The notes: generated from the letters alone by a model not told the origin. A stretch of 34,722 nt of DNA from Sphingobacterium thalpophilum (GCA_943369045.1 CALRME020000001.1:1-34722); one strand, 5' to 3'. Numbered from the stretch's first letter, positions 1-9,329 are shown. Numbers and translations are program-made.

Positions 1-2
1 TG

Positions 3-287
3 GACACGCCGGGCACGGGCGCGTTTTACGCCACGCCGCTGCACGAGCTGCTGCAACGGGCGAACATCACGCACCTGGTGTTCATGGGCGTGACCACGGA
101 GGTGTGCGTGCAGACCTCCATGCGCGAAGCCAACGACCGCGGCTACGACTGCCTGCTGCTGGAAGACTGCACCGAAAGCTACTTCCCGCAGTTCAAGGCC
201 GCGGCCGTGGAAATGATGCGCGCCCAGGGCGCCATCGTCGGCTGGACGGCCACAAGCAGCCAATTGCTGACGCAGCTGGCCGCCTGA
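3..287 (+). CDS. Cysteine hydrolase / isochorismatase family, biuret hydrolase (BiuH)-like, 5'-truncated by the window edge
   Basis: Frame is open from position 3: [70 protein letters not shown] carries the catalytic Cys; REANDRG is typical of the BiuH-like subfamily. Confidence 0.85.
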   Translation, partial: DTPGTGAFYATPLHELLQRANITHLVFMGVTTEVCVQTSMREANDRGYDCLLLEDCTESYFPQFKAAAVEMMRAQGAIVGWTATSSQLLTQLAA

Positions 288-305
288 CACTGCTAGAGTT
301 TCCCC

Positions 306-1034
306 GTGCACACCACCAGCAGCCGCCCCGCCACCAAAGCCCCGGAGGCGCCCGCCCACACCTCGCGCGCCGACGAGGTGTATGCGGCGCTCAAGCGCGA
401 CATCGCCGAATTCAACCTGGTGCCCGGTGACCGCTTCACCGAAAACGAGCTGAGCGAGCGCCTGGGTGTTTCGCGCACGCCTGTGCGCCAGGCGCTGTTC
501 CGCCTGCAGCAGGAAGGCTATGTGGAGGTGCTGTTCCGCAGCGGCTGGCGCGTGCTGCCGTTCGACTTCGAACAATTCGAGCAGCTCTATGACCTGCGCA
601 TGGTGCTGGAGACCACCGCCGTGCACCGCCTGTGCGCCGACGGCCAGAACGTGGACCGCGAGCTGCTTGACCAGCTGGTCGCCATCTGGCTGGTGCCCGT
701 GCCCGAGCGCAGCGCCGACATGGCGCAGGTCTCGCAATGGGACGAAGCCTTCCACTGCGCGCTGGTCGCCGCCGCCGGCAATGCCGAGATGGCCCGTGTG
801 CACAAGGACGTGACCGAACGCATCCGCATCATCCGCCGGCTGGACTTCACCAAGCAGGCCCGCATCGACGCGACCTATGAAGAGCACGCCAAGATCCTCA
901 AGGCGATCCAGAGGAAGCGCGGGGATCAGGCCGCGATGCTGCTAAGAGCGCACATCGAGACCAGCCAGGCCGAGGTGAGGAAGATCACGTTGCACCAGGT
1001 GCATCTGGCGCGGCAGGGTGGGGCTGCCCGCTAG
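306..1034 (+). CDS. GntR family transcriptional regulator (FCD C-terminal domain)
   Basis: N-terminal wHTH (PGDRFTENELSERLGVSRTPVRQAL); FCD-type C-terminus (DEAFH...EEHAKIL...LRAHI). Confidence 0.93.
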   Translation: MHTTSSRPATKAPEAPAHTSRADEVYAALKRDIAEFNLVPGDRFTENELSERLGVSRTPVRQALFRLQQEGYVEVLFRSGWRVLPFDFEQFEQLYDLRMVLETTAVHRLCADGQNVDRELLDQLVAIWLVPVPERSADMAQVSQWDEAFHCALVAAAGNAEMARVHKDVTERIRIIRRLDFTKQARIDATYEEHAKILKAIQRKRGDQAAMLLRAHIETSQAEVRKITLHQVHLARQGGAAR

Positions 1035-1054
1035 GGCTGGCGACGCGCGAGGCT

Positions 1055-1081
1055 GTCATGCCGGACTCGATCCGGCATCCA
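1055..1081. repeat. REP-like short palindrome
   Basis: GTC-ATGCCGGA-CTCGA-TCCGGCAT-CCA: perfect 8-bp stem in the intergenic region after gntR; resembles proteobacterial extragenic palindromes. Single copy in the window. Confidence 0.55.
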
Positions 1082-1101
1082 TTTCCCGAAAGAGTCAAAA
1101 C

Positions 1102-1169
1102 CGCTCAAGCAGGATTGGTGCGGCTTGTGGAAGGTTTTTGGGCTGCAAGCCGCACGGAATGTGCTTGCG
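1102..1169. repeat. 68-bp imperfect hairpin element, copy 1 (direct repeat of 3946-4013)
   Basis: Ungapped hand alignment to 3946-4013 gives 58/68 identity. Internal stems: GTGCGGCTTG/CAAGCCGCAC and CAAGCA/TGCTTG. Confidence 0.8.
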
Positions 1170-1186
1170 ATAGCTACGCATTTTTT

Positions 1187-2458
1187 TTAGTCTTGCGCGA
1201 AGAATGGGTTGAGTTCGTGCCGAATGGAGTCCTTCAACATCGCACGAACTCTATCGAGCTGCTGTCGGTCGCGACCCCGAAGGCGGCGTGCTCTGGCATG
1301 AACCAAAGCGCCGCGCGTAACGAGAATTTCGGCAAATTCTTTTACCAAGCGCTCGCGATCGGCTCTGTTTTGTCCAAGCATGAACGCGTATCGATCTCCA
1401 AGTCGCTTCGACAATTCAGTGATCGATTCTTCGTCACCAAAAATTGATTCAAGGCCAATACAGGCAGCCAGAAATGCCATTGTTTGATCGTCGTCAAGCA
1501 CCGAGTCTTGGTGCCATTCAATGGCTGCGGCAATACGATGAAAGCCAGGAAGATGCGTTCCACTGAAAAACTTGCGCGGTTGTCGCAAGTTTTTGTCAAG
1601 CGCTTCTATTTTTTCAGCAGATGTTTCCGCGGCCCTGTACCCGCCCAGAAGTCCGCCGCTTGAGCTGTAAACCGTAAGCCGATCTGAGACAAGTTGCAGG
1701 CAACCCAAATGTTCGGCGAGCCTCTCAGGCAGTTCAATTTCATGAATCTGCCCGTTTGCGTGGTCAATTAGCGCCGCCTTCGATCGGTAGGAAACCCAGC
1801 GCTCCACTTGCATTGACTCCGTGACCTCCAATAGAAAGGAGCATTGCTTGGCCAATGCAATTGCGTCGGCGATGCCCTGCGATTCCAACGAATGGGACGC
1901 AAATCCATCAACACGGATTTCGAGAACAACACATTCGTCTATTGGCGGCGAGGCGGATTCGATCGCGCTAGAACTCAATCCCTCCGGCTCTCCCCTACGA
2001 CTAGCTGCAGCGCAGTCAAGGGAAATGTTGTCCGCCAATTGCAAATGGAATTTTCCCAAGATCGGCAGACTCGGAAGACTGATACGCACACTATATTTGC
2101 GCGGGAGAGACTCTAGGTACTCCACGTAATACCTAGCTAGTTCGGGAGATAAGTCATAAATTTCGCCGCCAGCGTTGGCCAGCTCTCTGCGTTTCGGAAA
2201 AAATAGAACCGCACCTCCTAAAGCTATGTCTATGACTTCACTATCTCCCAAAGCCGTGCAATTGGGCAGCGACAAAACCATCTGCTTAAATTCTCGGAAG
2301 TGCTCGTTCAAAAGATTTACGTGACCCGATTTCAGGCCTACGAGCGAGGCATAAGACTCGACGATGCGTCGCTGTGGCGGCCAAAGGGCAAATGGCCGAT
2401 CACCTGTTCTTGCTGCCGATGATTTCCTGACAGAGGAGTCTTTCGATTCGCTAGTCAT
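1187..2458 (-). CDS. ApeA-like HEPN domain protein (candidate RNase / anti-phage effector)
   Basis: C-terminus AIEWHQDS...FLAACIGLESIFG...LGDRYAFMLG...EILVTRGALVH has the Apea-HEPN helix pattern with an intact R-x4-H motif (RGALVH). Visibly lower GC and different codon usage than neighbours. ATG at 2458 preferred over the GTG at 2467. Confidence 0.75.
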   Translation of the reverse strand: MTSESKDSSVRKSSAARTGDRPFALWPPQRRIVESYASLVGLKSGHVNLLNEHFREFKQMVLSLPNCTALGDSEVIDIALGGAVLFFPKRRELANAGGEIYDLSPELARYYVEYLESLPRKYSVRISLPSLPILGKFHLQLADNISLDCAAASRRGEPEGLSSSAIESASPPIDECVVLEIRVDGFASHSLESQGIADAIALAKQCSFLLEVTESMQVERWVSYRSKAALIDHANGQIHEIELPERLAEHLGCLQLVSDRLTVYSSSGGLLGGYRAAETSAEKIEALDKNLRQPRKFFSGTHLPGFHRIAAAIEWHQDSVLDDDQTMAFLAACIGLESIFGDEESITELSKRLGDRYAFMLGQNRADRERLVKEFAEILVTRGALVHARARRLRGRDRQQLDRVRAMLKDSIRHELNPFFAQD

Positions 2459-2491
2459 GCTTCTCACCTTTCAGCTCCAATGCGTGGATCA

Positions 2492-3058
2492 CTACTTTCC
2501 TTTTCCGCGCCCATACTTCGCCGTAAACGAAGCCTTCCCAATCGAATTCCCATTCACCATGAACCCCGCCAGCGCCGCGGTCGCATCGGCCGGAATCTCG
2601 AGCTTCTCCGTCTTGAGTGCGTGCACCGTGAAGATGTAGCGGTGCGGTTTATCGCCTTCGGGCGGGCAGACGCCGCCCCAGGCGGCGACGCCGAAGTCGA
2701 TGCGCACGGGCATCGCGCCCTTGGGCAGGTTGGCGCCGCCGGCGGCACCGGCGTTGGCGGGCAACTCGGTGGTGGTGGCCGGGATGTTGATCACGCTCCA
2801 GTGCCACCAGCCCGAGCCGGTGGGCGCGTCGGGGTCATACATGGTCACGGCAAAGCTCTTGGCGTCCTTGGGCGCGCCGCTCCACTTGAGCGCCGGCGAC
2901 TTGTTCTCGCCGCTGCAGCCAAAGCCGTTGAACTCGAACTTCTTGTCGATCGTGCCGCCGGCCTTGATGTCGGGGCTGGTGAGCGTGAAGCCCGCCGCGT
3001 TGGCGATGCCGGCCGCGCCCAGCAGGGCGGCGGCGATGAAGGTGGTCTTGCTTTGCAT
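2492..3058 (-). CDS. YbhB/YbcL family (PEBP / Raf kinase inhibitor-like) periplasmic protein
   Basis: Signal peptide (FIAAALLGAAGIANA), YDPDAPTGSGWWHW and GVCPPEGDKPHRYIFTVHAL motifs; AGGAG RBS. Confidence 0.95.
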   Translation of the reverse strand: MQSKTTFIAAALLGAAGIANAAGFTLTSPDIKAGGTIDKKFEFNGFGCSGENKSPALKWSGAPKDAKSFAVTMYDPDAPTGSGWWHWSVINIPATTTELPANAGAAGGANLPKGAMPVRIDFGVAAWGGVCPPEGDKPHRYIFTVHALKTEKLEIPADATAALAGFMVNGNSIGKASFTAKYGRGKGK

Positions 3059-3186
3059 GGCTTGTCTCCTTTGGATGGACGGGAGCCAGCATGATGCAGC
3101 GAAGGCGCAGCCCGCGCCAGTGGGGCCGCTCCGCAGATCTCCTCAGATTGGGGGAGGCCGCGCGCCGCCGCTGACTAGAATCGGCC

Positions 3187-3933
3187 ATGGATTCATGCCC
3201 GGTATGCGCAGGCCCCTGCCGCCCCTTCGACGTGGTCGACTTCAACAAGTCATGCGAGGAAGTGCGCGGGGTCATGCTGCCGCCGTCGGGCCTGCGCGTG
3301 GCCTACGAGCGCTGCGACAGCTGCGGCTTCTGCTTCGCGCCGGAAATCATGGCCTGGCCGCTGGAGCGGTTTGAGCGGGAGATCTACAACGGCCAGTACC
3401 CGCTGGTGGACCCCGACTACCTGGACGTGCGGCCGCGCGCGAATGCGGCCGGCCTGCAATCGCTGTTCAGGGGCTCGGCGCCGCCCATCACGCACCTGGA
3501 CTTCGGCGGCGGCTCGGGCCTGATGAGCAAGGTGCTGCGCGAGGCCGGATGGCAGTCCAGCACCTACGACCCGTTCGCGGACCGGGGCGCCGACGTCAAT
3601 GCGCTGGGCAGGTTCAACCTGGTCACCGCCTTTGAGGTGTTCGAGCACGTGCCCGACGTCAACGACCTGATGAAGCAGTTGAAGGCCCTGCTGGCGCCGC
3701 AAGGCGTGGTGATCTTCTCGACCCTGACCTCCGATGAGGACATCGTCCCCGGCAAGCCGCTGACCTGGTGGTACGCCTCGCCGCGCAACGGCCACATCAG
3801 CCTGTTCTCGAAGAAGAGCCTGGCCACGCTGGCCCGCAACCACGGCTTCATGTTCGCCAGCTTTGCGCCCGGCCTGCACCTGATGTTCACCCAGGTGCCC
3901 GGCTGGGCCTCGCATTTCATCCGGGTGGGTTGA
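3187..3933 (+). CDS. Class I SAM-dependent methyltransferase with N-terminal Cys (Zn-ribbon-like) region
   Basis: CPVC...CDSCGFCF; HLDFGGGSG (motif I); TAFEVFEHV; HISLFS. Confidence 0.88.
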   Translation: MDSCPVCAGPCRPFDVVDFNKSCEEVRGVMLPPSGLRVAYERCDSCGFCFAPEIMAWPLERFEREIYNGQYPLVDPDYLDVRPRANAAGLQSLFRGSAPPITHLDFGGGSGLMSKVLREAGWQSSTYDPFADRGADVNALGRFNLVTAFEVFEHVPDVNDLMKQLKALLAPQGVVIFSTLTSDEDIVPGKPLTWWYASPRNGHISLFSKKSLATLARNHGFMFASFAPGLHLMFTQVPGWASHFIRVG

Positions 3934-3945
3934 CCGAAGCGAAAG

Positions 3946-4013
3946 CGCACAAGCAGCATTGGCGCGGCTTGCGGGCGGTTTTTGGCCTGCAGGGCGCATG
4001 GAATGTGCTTGCG
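3946..4013. repeat. 68-bp imperfect hairpin element, copy 2 (direct repeat of 1102-1169)
   Basis: CGCACAAGCAGCATTGGCGCGGCTTGCGGGCGGTTTTTGGCCTGCAGGGCGCATGGAATGTGCTTGCG; 58/68 identical to copy 1, same orientation. Confidence 0.8.
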
Positions 4014-4090
4014 CTCTGCAAAGGCAATCGCCAATGGCATGTCCGGTTCCGGCCAGCAGCCTTGTGCCGGCGCGGGCAAGATAGCGGCAA

Positions 4091-5317
4091 ATGACATCGT
4101 CCGCTGCAACTCCCCATCTTCCCCCCGCCTTCGCCCGCCTCGCCTGGGCCAACCTCGCGGCCCAGTCCGCCGAACAACTGAGCCTGGCAGCCGTGCCGCT
4201 GGTGGCAGTGCTGATGCTGGGCTCGGGGCCGGGCGAGGTTGGCCTGCTGGCGGCTGTGCAGACGCTGCCGTTCCTGCTGCTGTCGATCCCGCTGGGTGTG
4301 CTGGCCGACCGCACTTCGCGCCGGCAGCTGATGGTGGGCGCGGAGTTGCTGCGCGCAATCTCGCTGGTGGTGCTGCTGGTGATGGTGCTGACCGGGCAAC
4401 TTTCGATTTTCTGGCTGGCAGTGGTTGGCTTTGCCGGCGCCGTTGGCACGGTGGCGTTCAGCGTGGCGGCGCCGGCCATGGTGCCTTCGCTGGTGCCACG
4501 CCAATTGCTGGCGCGCGCCAATGGGCGGCTGGAGCTGGCGCGCAGCGCCGCTTACGCGGGCGGGCCGGCGCTGGCCGGCGCGCTGGTGGCCTGGGTCGGC
4601 GGCGCGTCGGCTTTCCTGCTGGCGGCGCTGCTGTCTGCCGCCGCCGTGGCCTTGCTGATTCGCCTCAACGAGCCTGTGCGGACGCTGGCGCCTGCGCGCC
4701 ACCCGCTGCGCGAAATCCAGGAAGGCGCGCAATTCGTCTGGCGCCATGAATACCTGCGGCCGATGCTGCTCACCGGCATCGCCTGGAACATCGCCTGGTT
4801 CGTGATGCAGGCAGCCTATGTGCCCTACGCCGTGCGCGTTCTGGGCCTGAGCACGCAGGCCGTGGGCATCACGCTGGGCATGTACGGCGCGGGCATGGTG
4901 GTGGGCGCGCTGCTGGCACCGCGCATCGTCGGCGCGATGCGCTTTGGCCGGGCGATCCAGTTCGGGCCGGCGGTGTCGGTGGCGGCTTCGGGCGCGATGG
5001 CGGCCACGCTGCTGCTGCCGGCCGGTGTGCTGGCGGCGCTGTCGTTCTTCCTGTTCGGCGCCGGGCCCATCATCTGGACCATCACCACAACCACGCTGCG
5101 CCAGAGCGTCACGCCCGGCGAAATGCTGGGCCGTGTTGGCGCGGTGTTTCTCACGGTGAATGCGGGTTCGCGTCCGGTGGGCGCTGCGATCGGGGGGCTG
5201 GTTGGTGCCTCGTGGGGTGAGGCAGCCTGCCTGCTGCTGGCGTTCGCCGGCTTTGTGCTTCAGGCCTGGATCATCCTGGCCTCGCGGCTCAGCAAGCTGG
5301 AGCGGCTTCCGTCCTGA
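4091..5317 (+). CDS. MFS transporter (MFS_3 / H+ antiporter-like)
   Basis: About 12 hydrophobic segments; motif A GVLADRTSRR; RQSVTPGEMLGRV. Confidence 0.92.
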   Translation: MTSSAATPHLPPAFARLAWANLAAQSAEQLSLAAVPLVAVLMLGSGPGEVGLLAAVQTLPFLLLSIPLGVLADRTSRRQLMVGAELLRAISLVVLLVMVLTGQLSIFWLAVVGFAGAVGTVAFSVAAPAMVPSLVPRQLLARANGRLELARSAAYAGGPALAGALVAWVGGASAFLLAALLSAAAVALLIRLNEPVRTLAPARHPLREIQEGAQFVWRHEYLRPMLLTGIAWNIAWFVMQAAYVPYAVRVLGLSTQAVGITLGMYGAGMVVGALLAPRIVGAMRFGRAIQFGPAVSVAASGAMAATLLLPAGVLAALSFFLFGAGPIIWTITTTTLRQSVTPGEMLGRVGAVFLTVNAGSRPVGAAIGGLVGASWGEAACLLLAFAGFVLQAWIILASRLSKLERLPS

Positions 5318-6332
5318 CGGGTTGCGGCTGCGGCGCTTGCGCCCGCGCGGTGGTCGTGTGCGGCACGGTGTGACCTTGCAGCAGCACGCGGTTGAGTTCG
5401 TCGCCGATCGACACCTTGGTGTGGTTGACGGTGACGCTGGGTTGCCGCTCTATCAGCAGGCCCAGGTTCTTGAAGATGACGGGCGCCGAGCGCGCCACGT
5501 GCTGGGCCGCGCGGGTCGAATCGATGCCCGCGTCCTTCAGGCGCTGCGTGAGGTTGAGCACCGCGTCCGACAGCTTGCCCTCGGTCGCGTAGTTCTGGTA
5601 CATGAACGAGGCCGAAGCCTGGATGAACTCGGCGATCCAGCCCATGGCGCGTGCTTCGCCAAACACATGCAGCCACAGCCCGTCGGATTCGATACGGGCC
5701 ACGCGCAACGGGTGCTCGACGCGCGACACGCTCAATAGCACGCAGGTTTCGGCGTACAGCGCGTCCAGCGCCAGCAGGCGTTGCGCGTAGTCGGGCAGGG
5801 TGGAGACGGCCGGCAGCACCAGCGACAGGCTGGCCGATTGCGCATTGGGCGGCGGCGCCTCGTCGTGAGCGGCACGCAGCACGGCCAGCGCGTTGATCAG
5901 CACCGGGAGCCGGTCATGCAGTGTGCGGGCGTTCAGGATCAGCGGGATGGCTGTCTTGCCCGAAGGGCGTGAGAGGAAGGCGTCGTACAGAGCCGCGAAT
6001 TCCTCGACGCCTTTTGAAAGCTCCGAGATCAGCCGGTCGTCCGGCAGGGCCGGCGGCGCCAGGCGGTGCAGGCCTTCCTGCAGGCGCTCGAGCGCCTGGT
6101 AGAAGCGCCGCGGGTTGATGCCGGCCGTCACGCGCGACAGCGCGGAAAAGCGGGTGTGCAGGGCCGTGGTGGCCTCGGTCAGCCGGTTGCCGCCCTCGGC
6201 AATCATCAGCAGCGGCTCGGCCATGGAGTCAAACACCATGGCCAGCGTGCCCACCGCGTGGAAAAACGGCTCGGCCTGCGCCGCGTCGAACAGGACGTCG
6301 TCAATGGTGCGGCGAAGATCGTAGGAGTGCAT
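5289..6332 (-). CDS. Hypothetical protein (347 aa)
   Basis: Long ORF with protein-like composition filling the gap between topB and the MFS gene; no motif recognised; 3' end overlaps the MFS gene by 29 bp. Confidence 0.7.
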   Translation of the reverse strand: MHSYDLRRTIDDVLFDAAQAEPFFHAVGTLAMVFDSMAEPLLMIAEGGNRLTEATTALHTRFSALSRVTAGINPRRFYQALERLQEGLHRLAPPALPDDRLISELSKGVEEFAALYDAFLSRPSGKTAIPLILNARTLHDRLPVLINALAVLRAAHDEAPPPNAQSASLSLVLPAVSTLPDYAQRLLALDALYAETCVLLSVSRVEHPLRVARIESDGLWLHVFGEARAMGWIAEFIQASASFMYQNYATEGKLSDAVLNLTQRLKDAGIDSTRAAQHVARSAPVIFKNLGLLIERQPSVTVNHTKVSIGDELNRVLLQGHTVPHTTTARAQAPQPQPVRTEAAPAC

Positions 6333-6371
6333 CCGGGATTCTTCGGCGCACGCCGGCGGAACTTGAGCCGG

Positions 6372-9329
6372 TCAGGCCGTCAGGTGCTTGCCCACAATAC
6401 CGGCCAGCTCGAACATCGTCACCTGTGGCTTGCCGAACACGGCCAGCAGCTTGGCGTCGGCGTTGATGGCGCGCTTGTTGGTGGCGTCCTGCAGGCCGTT
6501 GGCCTTGATGTAGTCCCACAGCTTCTTGATCACCTCGGTGCGGGCGACGTTCTCGCCGCCGATCACCGCCGCCAGTTCGGCGCTGGGCTTGAGGCCGGCG
6601 CCGGTGGCGCGCGGCTTCTTGGGCGCGGCGGCTTTCTTGGCGGCCGGAGCCTTCTTCGCAGCGGGCGCCTTCTTGGCTGCGGCCTTCTTCGCCGGTGCAG
6701 CCTTGGCGCCGTATTTGGCGGCCGGCTCTTTCGCAGCCGGTGTCTTGCCAGCTGCCGTCTTGCGCGGCGGGAACTTGGACGGCGCGAACTCGAAGTTCAC
6801 CTTGCCCGCTTCACCGTCCCAGGCCAGGAAGGCCTTGAAGGCGCGGCGGGTGCGCATGCTGACGAACTTGTCGAGCAAATCGGTCTTGCCGGTTTCCAGC
6901 AGCTTGGTCATCTGCGCGCGCTCCACCGGCTGCTGCAGGATGACCTGGCCGGTCTTGAAGTCGCAGCTGGGCACGCTCTGCGCCGCCGTGGGCACCGACT
7001 TCTCGCAGATGTAGTTCTTGCCGAACTCGAACACGCGGGCGCCGCACTTGGGGCACTTGCCCAGCGTCTCCTGCGCCGAGAAGTCGACGATCTCGCCGGT
7101 CTCGGCCGGGTCCTGCTCGTTGCCGAAGTCGAACTCCAGCTTCCAGTTCTTTTCCTCTTCGTTGAACTTGAGGATGATCTCGGAGGTGAAGGGCCAGCCG
7201 GCCTTGGAGCGGAAGCCCTCCAGCGGGCCGACCTGCTTGTCGCGCAGCAGCTTTTCAACTTCAGGCACTTCGAAGGTGCGGCCGGCTGGCGTCTTGCCGA
7301 ACGAGAAGCCGCAGGCATCCGAACCATCTCCGCTCTTGCCGGTGCAGGTGTAGCGGCGGTAGTTTTCCTTGACGATGCCACCGCAGTTCGGGCAGGGCGT
7401 GGTGAGCGTGGTGTAGTCGCCTGGCACCGTGTCGCGGTCGTATTCCTTGGCCTTCTTGACGATGTGCTTCGTCATCTCGGCGATCTCGAGCATGAAGGTT
7501 TCGCGCGACAGCTTGCCGTGCTCCATCTGCGCGAGCTTGTATTCCCAGTCGCCCGTCAGCTCGGGGCGCGAGAGCTCTTCCACGCCCAGACCTCGCAGCA
7601 GCGTCATCAGCTGGAAGGCCTTGGCCGTGGGGATCAGCTCGCGGCCTTCGCGGAACATGTACTTTTCGTTGATCAGGCCTTCGATGGTGGCCGCGCGCGT
7701 GGCGGGCGTGCCCAGGCCCTTTTCCTGCATGGCCTCGCGCAGCTCGTCGTCTTCCACCAGCTTGCCCGCGCCTTCCATGGCGCCCAGCAGCGTGGCTTCT
7801 GAATAGCGGGCCGGCGGCCGGGTTTTCAGGCCCTTGGGCTCGACCACCTCGGCGCGCACCATTTCGCCCGGCTTGACGGCCACGAGCGCCTGGCCCTTGT
7901 CGCCTTCCTTGGCGTCGGTCACTTCGTCGGCGGCTTCCTTGCCCCAGATGGCCAGCCAGCCCGGCTTGACCAGCACCTTGCCTTCGGTCTTGAAGGTGTG
8001 GCCGACCGATTGCGACAGGCGCGTAGTGACCATGAACTCGGCGCTGGGGAAGAACACCGACAGGAAGCGCTTGACCACCAGGTCATACAGGCGCTGCTCG
8101 GCGTCGCTCAGGCCGCTGGGCGCCTGCAGCGTGGGGATGATGGCGAAGTGGTCCGACACCTTGGCGTTGTCGAAGATGCGCTTGCTGGGCTTGACGTAGC
8201 CGCCATCAGTCGCCTGCTTGGCGAACGGGGCCAGGTGCTTCATGCCGCTCTCGGCCAGCATCTTCATCGTGTCCTTGACCACCGGCAGGTAGTCCTCGGG
8301 CAGGGCGCGCGAATCGGTACGCGGGTAGGTCAGTGCCTTGTGCCGCTCATATAAGGACTGCGCCAGCGCCAGCGTGGTCTTGGCCGAGTAGCCGAAGCGG
8401 CCGTTGGCCTCACGCTGCAGCGAGGTGAGGTCGAACAGCGCCGGCGAGGCCTGGGTGGTGGGCTTGGATTCTTCCGTCACCGTGGCGGCCTTGCCGCGCA
8501 CCGCGTCGGCAATCGCCTGGGCTTCCCTTTGCGTCCAGACCCGGTCGGCCTTTTTCTCGGCGTCCTCGGCGTCCTTCTTCCAGTTGGTGTCTATCCACTT
8601 GGCGCTGTATTCGCCGGCCTCGGCCAGGAAGCTGGCGTGGATTTCCCAGTAGTCGCGGCTGATGAACTTGCGGATCTGCTCTTCGCGCACCACCACCACG
8701 GCCAGCGTGGGGGTCTGCACCCGGCCGACTGTGGTGAGGAAAAAGCCGCCGTCGCGCGAATTGAAGGCCGTCATGGCCCGCGTGCCGTTGATGCCCACCA
8801 GCCAGTCGGCCTCGGAGCGCGAGCGGGCGGCGTCGGCCAGGCCCAGCATCTGCTTGTCGGTGCGCAGGTGGTCGAAGCCGTCGCGGATCGCCTGCGGCGT
8901 CATCGACTGCAGCCACAGGCGGCGCACCGGCTTGCCCAGGGGCTTGGCGCCTCCTGCATATTGTTCAATCAGCCGGAAGATCAGCTCGCCCTCGCGGCCC
9001 GCGTCGCAGGCGTTGACCAGGGAGGTGACGTCCTTGCGCTTGGCCTGCTTGACCACGGCGTTGAGCCGGGTCTTGGTCTTGTCCACGGGCTTGAGGTCAA
9101 AGAACGGCGGGATCACGGGCAGGTTGGCGAAACTCCACTTGCCGCGTTTTACGTCAAATTCTTCCGGCGCCTGGATTTCCACCAGGTGGCCCACCGCGCT
9201 GGTGACCACGTAGGTCTCGCTCTCGAAGAACTCGTCGTGCTTCTCGAACTTGCCCGCTACGGGCGTGAGGGCGCGCACGATGTCCTGCGCTACCGAGGGC
9301 TTTTCTGCGATTACCAAAGTCTTCGTCAT
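6372..9329 (-). CDS. topB: DNA topoisomerase III with C-terminal Zn-ribbon repeats, Lys/Ala/Pro-rich linker and SWIB/MDM2 domain
   Basis: IAEKPSVA, NACDAGREGE (TOPRIM), VGRVQTPTL, catalytic TYPRTDS, GLGTPATRA; C-terminal SWIB (RTEVIKKLWDYIKANGLQD...INADAKL...VTMFEL). Confidence 0.96.
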   Translation of the reverse strand: MTKTLVIAEKPSVAQDIVRALTPVAGKFEKHDEFFESETYVVTSAVGHLVEIQAPEEFDVKRGKWSFANLPVIPPFFDLKPVDKTKTRLNAVVKQAKRKDVTSLVNACDAGREGELIFRLIEQYAGGAKPLGKPVRRLWLQSMTPQAIRDGFDHLRTDKQMLGLADAARSRSEADWLVGINGTRAMTAFNSRDGGFFLTTVGRVQTPTLAVVVVREEQIRKFISRDYWEIHASFLAEAGEYSAKWIDTNWKKDAEDAEKKADRVWTQREAQAIADAVRGKAATVTEESKPTTQASPALFDLTSLQREANGRFGYSAKTTLALAQSLYERHKALTYPRTDSRALPEDYLPVVKDTMKMLAESGMKHLAPFAKQATDGGYVKPSKRIFDNAKVSDHFAIIPTLQAPSGLSDAEQRLYDLVVKRFLSVFFPSAEFMVTTRLSQSVGHTFKTEGKVLVKPGWLAIWGKEAADEVTDAKEGDKGQALVAVKPGEMVRAEVVEPKGLKTRPPARYSEATLLGAMEGAGKLVEDDELREAMQEKGLGTPATRAATIEGLINEKYMFREGRELIPTAKAFQLMTLLRGLGVEELSRPELTGDWEYKLAQMEHGKLSRETFMLEIAEMTKHIVKKAKEYDRDTVPGDYTTLTTPCPNCGGIVKENYRRYTCTGKSGDGSDACGFSFGKTPAGRTFEVPEVEKLLRDKQVGPLEGFRSKAGWPFTSEIILKFNEEEKNWKLEFDFGNEQDPAETGEIVDFSAQETLGKCPKCGARVFEFGKNYICEKSVPTAAQSVPSCDFKTGQVILQQPVERAQMTKLLETGKTDLLDKFVSMRTRRAFKAFLAWDGEAGKVNFEFAPSKFPPRKTAAGKTPAAKEPAAKYGAKAAPAKKAAAKKAPAAKKAPAAKKAAAPKKPRATGAGLKPSAELAAVIGGENVARTEVIKKLWDYIKANGLQDATNKRAINADAKLLAVFGKPQVTMFELAGIVGKHLTA

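Noticed and set aside
1058-1447. 129-aa plus-strand ORF as an antitoxin for the HEPN gene
   Set aside because: Starts inside a palindrome, runs through the repeat and antisense to the HEPN gene; no RBS or motif.
1102-4013. Integron attC sites or CRISPR repeats
   Set aside because: Only two copies 2.8 kb apart, no RYYYAAC/GTTRRRY ends, and no integrase or cas genes.
6066-7802. 578-aa plus-strand ORF, and similar long antisense ORFs (8529-9650, 12443-13639, 17165-18655, 29345-30433)
   Set aside because: Shadow ORFs opposite well-supported genes; expected from high-GC codon bias.
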